64,000 nucleotides of DNA from Paramecium tetraurelia. Lineage: Eukaryota. The stretch's first letter is position 1. Every line of letters begins with the position of its first letter. The DNA lies in NCBI GenBank assembly GCA_000165425.1, contig CT867992.1, positions 62,001-126,000 of the forward strand. The letters are read 5' to 3'. The translations under genes were made by a program, and so were the position numbers. Below are positions 25,239-39,462 of the stretch, piece after piece. A model generated the notes under the pieces. The model saw nothing but the letters and a program-made list of their open reading frames with translations, had not been told where the DNA came from and did not search any database.

Positions 25239-27811
25239 ATGCAAAAAATAAAATTAGACGATGATGAGGAGTTTAACTTTAGAAGGCAGTTTGAAATTTA
25301 ATAAAGAGCAGTAGAGCCGAAACAACTATGCAAAGTAATATGATGGTTTTAAATAGTTCAAAGATATATTGAATCAAGCTATTGATTTGAACAAGAGGAA
25401 GATAAGTGAATTGGCTTCATATAAGAGATAATAAGTAAGTGAGGAAACTTCTAATGGCACACAACAATAATTGGATTTTATACAGGAACAGACTGACGAA
25501 GTTTTAACCTATTAATAATACTTGAAGACGAAGTTAGATCAAATCCTAAAGGCAAAACTGTTAACAGAGAGGAGAATCAATAACTTTAAGGATAATCTAC
25601 GACATATCAAGACTCAGCCTAATCATGTTCATAGAGAATTAGATGATAAAGTTAAGATGATGCTCAAGAAAACCCAACATTTCACGAATCAGTTTTAGAA
25701 GGAAATGCAGAAATTCAGAAGCTAATCTGAGAGGAATCAGGAGAAGTAGTGTAGGGATGCAGAAAATAGTGAATTTGAAATCAAAGAAATCTAGTTAAAG
25801 GTTAAAAAATGCAAATAAAAAAATTAAGAATTATTACATTAAATTTGTATTTTGACAGAACAGGAAGAATAGAAGAAGTACAAATTATAGGAGTGCTTCA
25901 AAATTAGGGAATATATTGAATTTTTTATGGATGCTAAGTTAAAAGTTGTTGATTAAATATAAGGAAATCAAAATCAATTGTAAGAGTTAGGTTAATCACT
26001 GCAATAATAAAATGATAAAACATTAACAAGAGACGAGATCTTGAATCAAGTAGATGAGTTCTACAAAACACAAGATATTGGTGAATTGACCAAACAAATT
26101 ATCAGCACTTACCATTATCTACTTGAACACTAGAATATGCAAACGAATGAATACAATTTTTTTACTGAAGAAAAAACCTTAAGACAATAGCAAATCTTGC
26201 AATTGAACCAAGAATTATCGCAACTAAAGAACATGTGCAATCTATCAATAGACGATCACACTAACTTTGGTTCATACAATAACACTATTATTGAGGGACC
26301 GCAAATAATTCATGAGAACTATTAATTGAATTATCATTTGCATGGATATCAACTATGTTTAATAACCATATATCAGAAATTGATTGACATGATTCAAAGG
26401 TTGTGTAATAATGTGATTTGGTTATAAGAGACGACAAAAACTATTCCAAAATCTTTGGACAACAAATGCATGCAATACCTCAAAAACTTTACAAAGGCTG
26501 ATTTCAATCTCTATGTTCCACTTGCTACTTAGAGTGTTCCTGTTAATAAATCCACAAACTCAAAGCATATTGGATAGTATGTTTGTATTGGAAAGAGGAA
26601 TGGTAGCATTACCAGTGAAGAGATTCTTAGTGAACAAAAAATAGAATCCATAACTAGATTTCCGAGTTAGCAACTGGCTAAATTTAAAACGCATAAAGAT
26701 TTTGAATTCATTGTTAATTAATGGAATGATCTAATAAAGAGTGATTTCCTTTTCTAAACTTTGTAATTAGACATCAGTTTGGACGATATCGATGTCACAT
26801 TAAGCAATCATGAAATTATTTGTCATTTATATGATTAATATTCTAAACTCATTAAAGAAGCAGATATTAAAAAGCATTTCGAATTACAATTTTCATACTA
26901 CAGAGACATAATGAGACATATTTACAAAAACAATCAAAATTTTAATCCGAAAGCTTTAACATTGAAATAAAAGTTCAATAATGAAGTAACTTCTCCCTTT
27001 TTGCTGCAAATTAAATAGCTTTAATTGAAGAGATTGCAAGAATAGGCTAATAGTACTCATTTGGATGATGAAAGCAATTTTAAAATGAATTCTAATAAAG
27101 CAATCAATACTTCAGATGATAGAAAATACCATGAATACTTCATTCATCAGAGTTCAAAAATAAAGAAACACTTCCCTGTTCTACAAGATCAATTAGTTAC
27201 GAAGACTCTATAAGATATTGATGTTATGAGACAAAAGGAGTTGAATGAGAATTATCAATAGTCCGACTAGATTTCATCTGATATGGATTATTTAAATTAA
27301 GAGAGGCGGAATTTAAAAGGCATTCTTAGTAAGAAGAAACAAAAACCTTAAACAGCCAACACCAAAACATCCAAGACTGTTACGCGTGAAACATCCAGCA
27401 CAAAGACTAAAATCATTAAACAAGTTGATCTGTTAAACAAAATATATAAACGTAAGAATATTTAATAAATATTAATTAGTTTCATCTTCAACTCGTAAAT
27501 TGGAAGTCAGCAATAGTTTCAATGCAAATCTGAGTAGGTATACATAAAAAGTGAAAAGAAAAATATCTGATTATTTTACTCCAAAGTTGGATATGGATTT
27601 TTGTCAGAAGGAAGAGAGCAGAATTCTTCTGAAGCCAAATTAGTTTGAAAAAACTCTCTCGGCATCCAAATCAGTGGAACCCTATCCAATGACTCCTCAT
27701 TCTGAACAACTGTTATCATTCGATCGAATTGATTCTTTGAGATAGATTCAAGATTCAACGTAATTAGCAAACACTAAGAAAGACAAGGCCTTTTTAATTA
27801 AAAGAAAATGA
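25239..27811 (+). CDS. large coiled-coil hypothetical protein
   Basis: Long TGA-free Gln/Glu/Lys-rich frame from ATG 25239 to TGA 27809-27811 with few introns. Confidence 0.65.
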
Positions 27812-27836
27812 ATGATTCTTAATTAATATTATTATT

Positions 27837-28292
27837 ATGGAATACACATAGGATTAAATTCAAGATATCATAAGTTTCGTAGCTCAAAAGTGGGACGAGA
27901 GACTCTTTGAACAAGCAAAGACCAAGTTCCACTCTGTTGTCGAAATCGATTATACATCTTTAGGTGCTCCATCGATTACATAAGATCCAATTGAAACCTT
28001 ATGTAATAATTGGAAGATAGTGCTTAGTGGATTCGATAAAACTGTGCATACAGTGAAAGTAACTTAAATTGAGCAGGAGAATGACTTAATTGTAGTGCAT
28101 TCTTCAGTTAATGCCTATCATTTTATAGCACATGTGGAAGAGGGAGAGGAATGGACACTGAATGGACGTTATGTGCACAAGTTGAAGAGCATTGAGGGAA
28201 CGCTCAAAATTGTTTACATGAAATTGTAGGTGGATGAATAAATGGGTAACCTGAAGTTAATAATGGAATCAACTAAGAGAACAATGTAATGA
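27837..28292 (+). CDS. SnoaL/NTF2-like (scytalone-dehydratase-like) protein, intronless, 151 aa
   Basis: EIDYTSLGA, WKIVLSGFDKTVH, VNAYHF, EEWTLNGRYVHKL...LKI...MGN match the pattern of bacterial SnoaL_4 proteins. Confidence 0.75.
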
Positions 28293-28492
28293 TTAATAAA
28301 CAAATATTTCTTTTATAAAAAGAATATAAATTTATTAATTTTTTGTAAATGATATTGATTCAAATTCAAATCTAAGATGATAAAAATATTAAATTTCAAC
28401 TATGATGTCATTGTTTAATATTATAATTGTGAAGACTTAATTAGTTGCTAATTTTTGCTTGTTATTAATTTTCGAAAAAGGGGTAATTATAT

Positions 28493-29458
28493 ATGTTTAT
28501 TTCTGAAACACTCACTATTAACTAATCTCCTCAACATTAGCTTCAAACCATTGAATAATCACAATAGCGCATCCAGCCATTCGAGAACATTTAATTTGGC
28601 TAGATGTCGAAATCAACAAAAATTATCCCAGAGCTCAAAATGAGAAAAGTCTATCTGATGAAGGTTTGGTATAATAGAGTAATTTAGGATAAACTGAGGA
28701 AGAAGTATGTTTGGCTGGAAATGAAGATAAATCAATACAAAGAAAAAGATTCAATTTTGCAAGATGAGATGAGTAAGAAATTCCCCCTAACTAATTTAAA
28801 GAGTTCTGCAGGATTTGTCTATGCGATGATGGCAACTCTGATCTTATAAGACCTTGTAAATGCAAAGGATCTCTATAATTTATTCATGAGAATTGTCTGA
28901 AATTATGGGTCTTAGAAAAGCAAGGGATAGAGAAGGTCTATCAAAATGATGTAATCTCATTCGTATATAAAAAAGTTAGATTGCGAAGTATGTCATTCGA
29001 AGTTTTTAATGGAGACTAAATTCTCTAATTAAAGGTAACTGAGAATGTTAAGAAGTGCACCAAGAGCTAGAATATGTTGCTGGACAATTGAAATAATCAT
29101 GTCTCTAGGGATGCTTGGAACCATTATTGCCTTGATCTATTAGATTGTTGTAAGATTCAAATATTATAAAATATAGAACGGAAAAATAGAACCTCTGATA
29201 TTGGCAGGCACAACTATATTTGTTATTTTATTGATTCTGATTCTCTCCTTGATTTATGTAAGCTGCGTGGATTAGATTTCAATTGAAGTTCTCGACCCTT
29301 GGAGATTCATTGATGTACAAATGGAGAGTGATTCTAAATCTATTTCGATACTTGAATTAGACAACTCAAACAAGTAGACTATTTAGATTATTAACAAAAG
29401 TGATTAAAGAAATAATGTGCGCTTTTCCACTATAAATATAATTTAGATACAGAATTGA
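28493..29458 (+). CDS. RING-CH (RINGv, MARCH-type) membrane E3 ligase
   Basis: CRICLCDDGNSDLIRPCKCKGSLQFIHENCLKLW...CEVC followed by two TM helices. Confidence 0.88.
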
Positions 29459-29573
29459 ATTCAAAAGCACTATGTTTATGATTCTATTGTTTTATGCATA
29501 AATTATTAATATTGAAGAATAATATGAAAATGCATTTAATTTATGCATTAAAACAAAAGGAATAATTAATTCA

Positions 29574-30446
29574 TATCTCTTAATCAAACAAAAATGATTG
29601 AATATAGTATAAAAACAAAGAAGGCCTCAAATTTAAATAAAGGATTCAAATTTGTAGTATTAATGTATGAGATCATTGATCAAAATGCATTATCCCCAAG
29701 TCTGAAACAATCTAATTTTATTTCAAGTATTAGTAAGAATTTTAGTTTATATTAGTCTATGGTTAGCCTTAAGAGTATTTGAAATTTGAATTAATGATTA
29801 TAATTCCGTTTTCATCTCAGAGTAATATCAATAATTTTAATATATTAATTTAATCTAATAGGGTAATGTTATTGTAACATCAAATCAAACAAAATAACAA
29901 ACAAATTAGGACATAATTAAAAATTCGATGAAGTTTGATAATATAGCATCTAAATAAAGTAAGAAAGAAAGTAATTAAATATAAAAATAATTTAACTATT
30001 GTAAAATAAATATCTCAAAATAAAAACTCACAGAACTGAATTCCTTTGACTTAAGTTAATGAGAAGCCAATAAATAAACATCACAAAATTGTTTCCAAGA
30101 ACTTACTGATAGAGTAACTCATTTTTGAAATTTCTTAAAAACTCAATAAAGAAGTTGCAGTAATCAAATATCGAAATAAATAGTGGAAGTTCCAATTGCA
30201 ATATTAAATAAGGTATTTAGAATATAGCCACAAATTTGAATCCATGTCTTAATAATTAAAAAGAGTAGTTCAAGAAGGGATATAAATTATAAAAGAATGC
30301 CTAATGTAAAGATTATTCAGAAGTGAAATTAATGAAGTACGTGATCATTATTAGACAGAGATTCCATTATTAATCTTATAAATTAAATTTTGGGTACTCT
30401 GATATTCTAAGATATGGACTATAATGTACTTTCATTTTCACCTCTG
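29574..30446 (+). CDS. possible hypothetical protein or decayed gene
   Basis: Coding-like low-complexity frame with candidate introns. Continuity not verified. Confidence 0.3.
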
Positions 30447-30571
30447 AACAATATCATATATTTGAAAAAAGATCAATAAATAATGATTTACCATAAGGAA
30501 AATATATGTTTATAATTATTTAGAATTCAGAAATGATTTAATTTAATGGAAATTAATATATATAAATGTTA

Positions 30572-31414
30572 TCAATTCTATCTATTAGATAGATTATCTT
30601 TGATAAGGTCTGCCATCTTTAAAAATAATAGAATGATGTCCCAATAAATGGTTACACTTCCACTCACATCATCGGCCTTATTGATATCATATGAATCTCC
30701 ACAACTAGATATTGAATCGATACTACTTCAAATTAGTGTAAGTGTCATAGAGCAATAGGAAGGCAAACAAAAAGGAGGACAACGATATGAACATAATCCA
30801 AAAGAGGGATATCTTGGTAAATATTGTGAATAGTTCAAACACTATCAATATGCTGGCTGATACAAATAGCACTGCTCCAGAATATGTTATCTTTCTTCTA
30901 ACAGTTGAGGAGTATAAAAACAAAAAGAATATTAAGCCTATTTAAAAACTTTAACTTACTTGCAAAATTAACAAAGAGCAGCAATCCAATTTAGGAATTG
31001 CCAAATGCAACAAGGCAGCCACAAACAGAAGCAAATGATAATGTGAATACAATAAACACTAACCAATTGGTTGGAGACAAGGTAATTTGATTACGATAAA
31101 TCAAAGCCAGAGTGGCTGTTCCTACACAAATTCCTAGACTTAACCAAAATATCCATCGATATTATTCTAGGAAATTGTCTAATGCAGGAATAGAATGCAC
31201 AATCCAGACATAGACACCTAAAAGGGAAGTTGTAATTGAAATGCTTACAGATAATGATCATCTACAAGAATAATTTGGAAAACAGGTTTCTAGCATAAAT
31301 CACTCTGCCATTAAAAGATTAATCGTAGGCATTGACTACTTCTGTGGTTTGTGCTTGTTTATTCCTTGTGGAAAGACGAGGATCTCCAGTTCGAATAGAA
31401 CTTTCAAATAACAT
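30572..31414 (-). CDS. TMBIM / Bax-inhibitor-1 (Lifeguard-like) membrane protein
   Basis: Six to seven hydrophobic segments, LLLYDT motif, C-terminal DDVSGSVTIYWDIILLFL. Confidence 0.72.
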
Positions 31415-31610
31415 AATAAATTAACAATAATTATTGTATAAAATAATTGAGTAGTTATATAAATCAAATACATTTAGATATGACATAAACTGATTTGGAT
31501 AGAAACAGAAAGAATCGAATATAGATAGAACAATTGAATCAACAAATAATCTGAGATTAAAGAATGTGTTTGTTGAAATATTCAATAATATTAAATTAAT
31601 TATCTTAAAT

Positions 31611-32063
31611 ATGGATTAGGAAATCAGACCAATGCGTTAAAGTATTCTAAAACGATAATCAACTTTCGATAATCCTAATTACATGGAAGAGAAAGAGAAG
31701 CAGCATCAACAGAATTAGAATAATTTATAGGAAGGTTTGCATGTGCAAATAGATAGTAGTGTGAAAATCATCACGATTCCTGATGTTCATGATGTGCAAG
31801 TGTTTAAGGAACAGGATGAAAGTATAGGGTTATTATATTGTTTAGTTCATTTTCCATAGAAAGTCAATAATTTGAGTGAAGCCGAACTCATCAAGATGGC
31901 ATTAAAGTAAAGTGATATATTGTAATAATAGAAAACCTTAGATATGGGAGGAGGACGAATAATGACTGCTATGATTTATATATTGAATGCATATATCATA
32001 AATTAGTTGATTTTTGAGACTCCCATTTAAAGTGAAGATTTGAGTTAGGAAAGATCAAACTGA
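31611..32063 (+). CDS. small hypothetical protein
   Basis: ATG 31611 MDQEIRPMRQSILKRQSTFDNP with tiny introns. 3' end uncertain. Confidence 0.45.
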
Positions 32064-32261
32064 AAAGTCACTTCTATTGCGAGTGTGCCTTCCATTTGAA
32101 TTCCCTGAAGTTGGATTTCAATCACTTTTGGATTTATAGATTAATTATGAGATGGTGCTTTTTATTATAAATTTTATTTCTTTTTTAATAATTTGTAATT
32201 GTTTCATTAAAATGACCATTACTGAATCAATAAATAATCACGAAGACTTTAAGGAGTGACA

Positions 32262-33526
32262 TCAATAAGTTAAGAATAATACTATGAAAGTAATATCATC
32301 AATTAAGTTATGGCATTTTTACATCCAACTGTTGCATGCAGCCAACATCAACTGATTACAAGCCCCTTCAATATTTGATGTATCATAATATGGAGAGATG
32401 CAATTGATTATTTATTCTTCACTCAAAAATTCAAATAATCCATCACTCCCCAATATTATGGCTTTATCATTCCTTCCCAAATCGAATTACATGATTTCAG
32501 GTTTATCACTTACTCCAACTGAATGTGCAATTTCATCCCCAAGTAATCTTGTCATAGCCAAACCAGGAACATTTTGCTTTGTCCACACTCTTAGAGGACC
32601 CACAAAGAGACCTAAGCCATTCATCAGGGGATCTATCCTGCCTCCATTAGCCTGGATTCGATTAGCTTCATCTTTGCAACTCGGCTTGTGATCTCTTGAC
32701 AACGGTTTCAATCTCCATGTTTCATCTCGATTCAACAGTACAGCTCTTGAATCCCCCAGGTTTGCACAATAAAGCTAGCTTTATTAATAAAACAATAACC
32801 TTATTATTTTAAACATACACTATCACTAAAGTCGATCCTGAAAAGGAAATATCAATATGACTCTATTGTAACATATCAGACAGTTATTAAATAATGATCA
32901 TCAACCCTTAAGGAGAACTAAATCTATTGTTTTAATAGTCTACTTTCTCTCGAGCATCATTCTATTCTTGGATACTAACTATGGAAGTTGAGCCTTTACG
33001 AATCCACTAACCAAATGTCCATGTTCGCCATGTCCATCACAAACTGCAAACAGATGAATGCATTCATTATTTTCGATCCTCGCACAACACACATAAGTAT
33101 CCTGATTCACTTTAGAAGCATTGTTTAATTAGAACCCCTTTCTAGATCTTCCTGCATATTTAGCTTTGAATACAAAACTCTCATCGGGAATCAATCTCGA
33201 TTGGATCTTAACTAATTCTGAATGACATCATTACCCAAATTGCTTTACAATTAGACTTTCTCCTAATGAGTGTCTCTTGGTCTAATTTTAAAGGATGTAA
33301 CCAACTAGGATTGCGGAGAATTCTTTGATTCTTCAAAACTTATCTATGCTTTTTTCTTCTGAGGAGTAAACGATGGTAGAATAGTTCTGGGAGATGTATG
33401 TTGATAGTAGGATGAATTCCCCAAATAATGATTCTTATTCCGAAATGAATGTTCCAGCTTAATAGGAGTGAGTAACAAATGAAACTACTTTTATTATTTG
33501 CTCTTGCCAAGATTATATTAATTCAT
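32262..33526 (-). CDS. protein phosphatase 2C (PPM)
   Basis: KVNQDTY, FAVCDGHG, CANLGDSRAVL, LSRDHKP, GLAMTR.LGD, ILGSDGLFE, DDITFIV. Confidence 0.93.
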
Positions 33527-33698
33527 TTTATTGCAATTGATATTTTAATCAAATTATACTTTTCTAATAAACTCTAACAAGTATTATTCCATTAAAATAT
33601 CTCATCATTAGTTAAATACCCAATAATTTCCTTGTATCTATTCATAATAATTTAATAAATTGGTTTAATTAATTTTGATTGTAATTAACACAGATATA

Positions 33699-34979
33699 TC
33701 AAGCTTCAATCTTGTTTATTAGTTCCACAGTATCTCCAGGACTACACAGATTAGCACAGGGATATAAATCTTAAATAGTGTCCAAATTCATTGTCTATTT
33801 AAATATTAGTAATTACAAATTTAGTCAATGTTTTCTTCTTTTACCAAGTGATTCTCTTTTTTGGGATATCAACCTCAATTATGATGATGTCTCCAACTCC
33901 AAAATCAAATGACTTATGAGCTGAATTCAAGTCTTTCTACAAGTGTGACCATGAGTACGAATTGTTCGATATGAGATAAGACCTAAAATATAGACAGGAC
34001 ATTACCCATGACCAATATTCGTATAATTGAACTTATAATTAGCACTCACTATCACTTCTCTATGGCAAACACCCACTCCAATCCAACCAGCATATTTGAT
34101 TACTTTGAAACCAAATTTGTAGACTCCATTCCTTGGAATGCAAGGTTCACAAATAGTAAATCTCTGTCCATTGGATTCAGAAGTCTTTTATTCAGCAATC
34201 AAGTTCTGTCCTGAGATTGTTATGTTGGCACCCTTAAATTGAGGAGAGAATTGAAATGAAATTGATTGCGCTAAATCAACTGCAGCGATTGGTTGGGCTT
34301 TAAACAAATTGCCCAAATTCTCGACTTTTCCATCAAACTCATTTTGCAAGTCTATCAATTAGTCATTCAGCTATCCGAATTGAGTTTTACATGCATTCAT
34401 TATTGCAGAATCAATACTCTGCCTACTAGCAATTCCATTGCTGAATGCGAATTAGTCCAGAATTTATCTAAATAGAGAATTTGAGTACTGGATATTCTTT
34501 TTGTATTACGGGAAATCGGTGTAGCTGTTGACTAAGTCTAGAAGATAATCTAATGGGATCTTTGAATTGGCAAAAGCCTTAAGTTAATTTTTGAGATCCA
34601 AGTAATAGGAGTCAACCTTCTTCATTAACTACTTCGAAGTATTCTCCAAGGACTCGTTGAATTTTTGGACCTAGTTGTTTAGAATTAGGTATGCATACAG
34701 TTCGCAAACACTCACTATGTGATCTATCTAGAAAGAGAGACACGTCTAAGATGCTATAAGCACTTTATTCATTGGTGTTATTATTCGCAGACTCAACTGA
34801 TTGCAACATGATTTTGAGAGGCAAGGTTTGATGGTTCTGATGTTCTGCATGTTCACAAAGGGCTTTGATTTAATGAAGTTGATATTACGACAAATCAATA
34901 AAGTTTCATTGCATTATTTATCAGCGCATACAATGGAAAGCATGTGTCCATTATGAGTGGGACAAGGGAAATAGTTCAT
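33699..34979 (-). CDS. Cys/His knuckle + coiled coil + SPRY/B30.2-like protein
   Basis: MNYFPCPTHNGHMLSIVC...C; C-terminal FTICEP, WIGVGVC, GHGSYLISNN, FGVGDIIIIEVD, LYPCANL. Confidence 0.7.
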
Positions 34980-35052
34980 TAGAGATATATATAATTTAAA
35001 CAAATTAGTATTTTACTCAGTATTACACATAATCACTAAAATTTAATAATAC

Positions 35053-38000
35053 TCATTTTCTTGGTGGTTAGCGTTTTTGAGGTTGATTGGAACGAGGAGG
35101 TGGCCCAGATTATTAAGGTTTATGTTGTTGCGGCTTATTCTAAGGTTTATGCTATGGCTTTTGTTAAGGTCTAGAATTGGCTTTCCTTTTATGTTTATCT
35201 ACACAATAGGAAGATAGATAATACCAGAATCTGAATCCTCGTCTTCGTCATCCTCATCCTGATCACTAATTTTATTGAGATCCAAAACATCAGATAGATC
35301 CTCATCGTCATCATCATCATCACCATCATCATCATCTCCATCCTCGTCATCTTCTGTGAAATCAGAATCATCATCCCCATCATCACCCTAAATGATTAAT
35401 AAATAGATATTACAGATTCCCCAGGTGAGAATTCACTATCACCAGCCTCTGGATCATCCTCTTCATCACCTTCTTCCTCACTCTCTGCCAGAATATTGGT
35501 CCATCCTCCATCTTAAACAAATCCTGGAATGTCCTTCTAGATTTATCCCAGAACATTCTTCCAAACCAAGTTTTAACCCACTTCGAAAAAGAGAAGGTTC
35601 ATCTAATATAGAAATAATAAAATACTCTATCTAACCAATTCTTGACTCCTTCCAGATCTTTGATATCAATACTCTCAATTCTGAGTACTTGTTTATCGTA
35701 GTTCTTGAATACAAACACAAGATCAAAGGATTTAATGCCTGGAATGATACGTTCGAAACAACAGATTTCTACTTCATTTAGTGTTAAAATAAAGAATGGA
35801 CTCTCAACAACATTCATCAAAGTATCACGAGTTGGTTATAAGAATAATCTGGCTCTGTTCCAATTACCTTCAAATCCCAAATCTCTAAATGGTTTTTCAA
35901 ATGATATCTTATAATCTGCTCCCAACTCCTCAATAGTCTTAATGAAAACTTCAAATTCCTTAGCCATCTTTCTTCTGTGCATCCTCAATCTTTCCTCCTC
36001 CTCAATTTCATCCTCATCATTTCTATTAGTCTTCTTTCTCCCTTCCAAATGTTCTACTGCACCACCAACTTCACAATAGAATTGAACATCATGTGTCTTA
36101 CGTTTGCCCAATACGATTGGAGAATGCAAATGAAAATGCAAAGCAGCTATTATATCCTATTCTGGACTTTAATATATGTAATGCTTAATGTTTTTGAATA
36201 CAATGTCCAATTGTTCCTTATTAGAATGGATATAACGAAATCCATTGGTATGCACTTCTAGAATTCCTGCTGCCTTACCAGACCCAAAAGTAGGTCTCAC
36301 CTTCAAATCCTTAAAGATTGGTTTTCTACCTCCTTTATTAATTATCAATGGTTCCGTCTCTCCTACATTTTGCTTCTCTCTCTCCACCTACTACTCAGTC
36401 TTTACTTTCTTTTGTAATGATTTAATTTATAGAATCAAGTTCTGTGGACGATCAGACTTCTTAGATCTATATTATAACTCCTTAATGAAGATGGTTTCAC
36501 CATCAACCTTTGGAAACTGAATCTATCCAGCTGTAGTCTCTGAAGTGAAGAAGTTAATTCTGATTGATGATCCCATCTTGCCCTCATCAATTTTACTCAC
36601 ATTCTTTATACAAGATACATGGAATGGTATATGAGTTCCCATCAATGGTACCAAAAGAGCACACTTTTAATTGTCAATATAAATCTATCCCTTTTAGAGT
36701 TCTTTTGGATATTGCTCTGGTCTTTAGTAACATAGCAATTTGTCCAATTCGCAAAGCTTTGACTTCTTATTGATTTTAAACAAATTAATCTTATTCCAAT
36801 CTTTATCTCCAATTCTGTCTATTTATCCTTTGCCAATTTCTCCTAGTGAATCTGTCTCTATTTTTCATTCTCTCTTTGAATCTAGATTTATTGATTACGA
36901 GGTCTTGCTCGTATGGGTTTATCCTTATCAGTTTAAACTGGAGCTGGTTTTCTCTCAGGCTCGTCTTCCTCTTACAATTGATAAGATATTTATTTGTAAG
37001 CCTTTGGAATTTGTTAGGTGGTGATGGTGGCAGCACCATTAGTAATTACAATTACATCCCCCACTTAAATAGTATAGACAATATTTTTTTATCCGTTAGG
37101 AACATTCTCCATCACCACATTGACAAAATAGACTTCCCCTTTGGCTACCACATGAGTGGATTTCTCATTTATTACCAAATTGGATTCCTTTAATTCAAGT
37201 CCGATGCCGTATCCGAGTGAATTGGGCAATTGTAAATTTAATAAATTGAGCTCCTACAATTTTTGTTACAATAATTGAAGGGCTTCCTTGAACACCGAGT
37301 TTAGAGTAGTGCCTATTGTCATCAATGTTATGATTTTGTTTTGGACTTCCAAAATGGCATTATAGAGTTTCTTCTAAATTTCAGTGGGATTTATAAAGAG
37401 TGTACGGATACAATTGGTGTTGTACTCATTGACTTAGGTACCGAGTTGGATTATTATGACATCTGATGAAAGGTAATCTTTGTTGGGTCCTTCCACCTGT
37501 TAGTAATTGCCTCCACTCTGTATTATTGGAGTATAAGCGAAATCATAGAGACCGTCTTGCAATCCAATCTCTTTCATGACTTTTTGCTTATCGTTTTCCA
37601 AAGACTGCTCCACCTTCTTGGCCAAGTCCTGATGAGTGATTCGTGTGCCCACATCTATTGAATCTTCTATCTGTTTGATCAATTTCTTAAATAGGCGGGT
37701 AGTCAATTGTGAAGATTGTTAAATAAAACCCTACTCCTAGTCATCTTTAACTGCTAACACATCACCAATCAATTGAGTGGCATCCACTATTTGTTACCAA
37801 CCCTTGTACTCATACCATTCCGCTGCCAAACTCCCTGCCTATTTCTCAGTAGTGGGCATCCCCAACTTCACATTTCCTATTTTCTATCGAATCTTGTCGA
37901 AGGCGTCCTTGTTGTCATTCATCTTCTTGTAAAAATGAACCTCAAATTTCCCACTTAATTTGTGCTTGGTCTCTTCCATCATCTGAACTAGAAACTCACT

Positions 38001-38264
38001 AGATAATCTTACGTTTCTTATCACTTGCCAAGTAAAAAATCTATTTCTTCGTGGCCAAAAACACTGTCTCGATCATATCGTATCCGAACAGCCAAACAAA
38101 CAAGGCCTTGGTTTTCGGTTTGATCGATCCGTCCTCCTTTCCAGATAATATACAAATTGCTGGAATGTCCTATTTCATATAGAAATTTCATATACATCAT
38201 TGAGTCTGCTCACCAATTATTCCAAATGTCTTTAGAATACATCCGCTATGATCTTTTTATCCAT
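35053..38264 (-). CDS. SPT16: FACT complex large subunit SPT16
   Basis: LFVWLFGY, YTPIIQSGGNY, GILEVHTNGFRY, HFHLHSPIVLGKRKTHDVQFY, FEKPFRDLGFEG, FDLVFVFKNY and an acidic C-terminal tail. Confidence 0.96.
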
Positions 38265-38462
38265 TATTTAATTAATTTAATTCATGCAAATAAATTTTTA
38301 TCATGTTTTACTCGACCATTCTAATACTTAATTAAATAAGGCCATTTATTTGACTACTTTTCAAACATTCAAAACACTTACATTACAAATAAATATTTAA
38401 ATCCATTAATTTATAACAAAACCCGCTAAAATTCTGATCCCCCTCCTAATTCTATTAATCCC

Positions 38463-39412
38463 ATGAATCCAACACATTCTTATCAAATTAAGAGAGTAAT
38501 TTGAATCAGTATCAATCAGGCCTCATTATATGATCAATTAATTAACATTTTAGTTTTTTTTCTACTATATATAATTAAACAACGAGTTTCAAAGATTTCA
38601 TAGCCCTACCACCATTAACTTTACAGAACAAAGAAATCCATCTAGCAAAACTTCAAAATACAACACTTTACACACTCAATATACAAATTAAGAAGGTTTA
38701 TCAATGATTAATTCAAATTTCGAATTAACATTATTGGGTAATCATAAAGAGGAAGCCCCTTTGTCAATATGATCTTCATATATTAATGATGGAACACCTC
38801 AAACCATTAACCTGCATATGGTTGTATCATAGTAATTTCAGTGCATCCATAAAAACCAGAAAAATTGATTCTCCCTCAAAAATGTGAAAGCTGTTCATCA
38901 ACCCTGTTATTGGTTCTGGATTCAAATATCTTGTATTTCGACAGTACTAATCTTGTTAATTAGAGAATTTTCATAATCATCATCAGAGAATCTAAATTAC
39001 TAACTCTTAAATTTAGAAGACTACCAAGAATGCTAAAGAAGGATCCTGTTGTCTTGGCCAAATTTCTATTGTTTATGAGTTTTCTTTTGTTTTAATAGTT
39101 TAATTTACTAATTATATGGTAACAACTTTATGTTTTGATTCTAAGAAATAATTAGCACTGTAATCAGGTTATCTTCAATTCCACAAGTTGAAGATAAAAA
39201 TAGAAGGATTGCTTTTATTAATCCTAGAAGTTTGTGACATTATTAGAGGAAAATTAATTATAGAAAGTGGAATATAAAACTCATATCTTGAGATTTAAAT
39301 TGCAGTTGAGAGTGAAATTGACGAGTACACAATAGAATTGGTCTGGATCACTGATAGCAGTGAGGAATAGGTCGTGGATTTGGCGATTAAATATTAGGAA
39401 TTGTCATATTGA
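38463..39412 (+). CDS. possible hypothetical protein or decayed gene
   Basis: ATG 38463 with an early intron and an open 3' frame ending TGA 39410-39412. Internal continuity not resolved. Confidence 0.35.
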
Positions 39413-39462
39413 CATAGTTGATATAATATATAACAAATTTGATTAATGATGATTTATTTTTA

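Noticed and set aside
33940..33990. Suspected frameshift in the SPRY-like gene
   Set aside because: On re-reading, the frame is continuous (ISNNSYSWSH).
35195..35390. (TCA)n-like repeat and Met-rich ORF
   Set aside because: This encodes the Asp/Glu-rich acidic tail of SPT16 in another frame, not a separate repeat element or gene.
35425..37958. Many + strand ORFs in the track
   Set aside because: They are antisense shadows of the minus-strand SPT16 gene.
39150..39412. Faint resemblance to the end of a histidine-kinase ATPase domain (GLLLLILEVCDIIRGKLIIES)
   Set aside because: No N, G1 or intact G2 boxes are recognisable, so the match is too weak to call.
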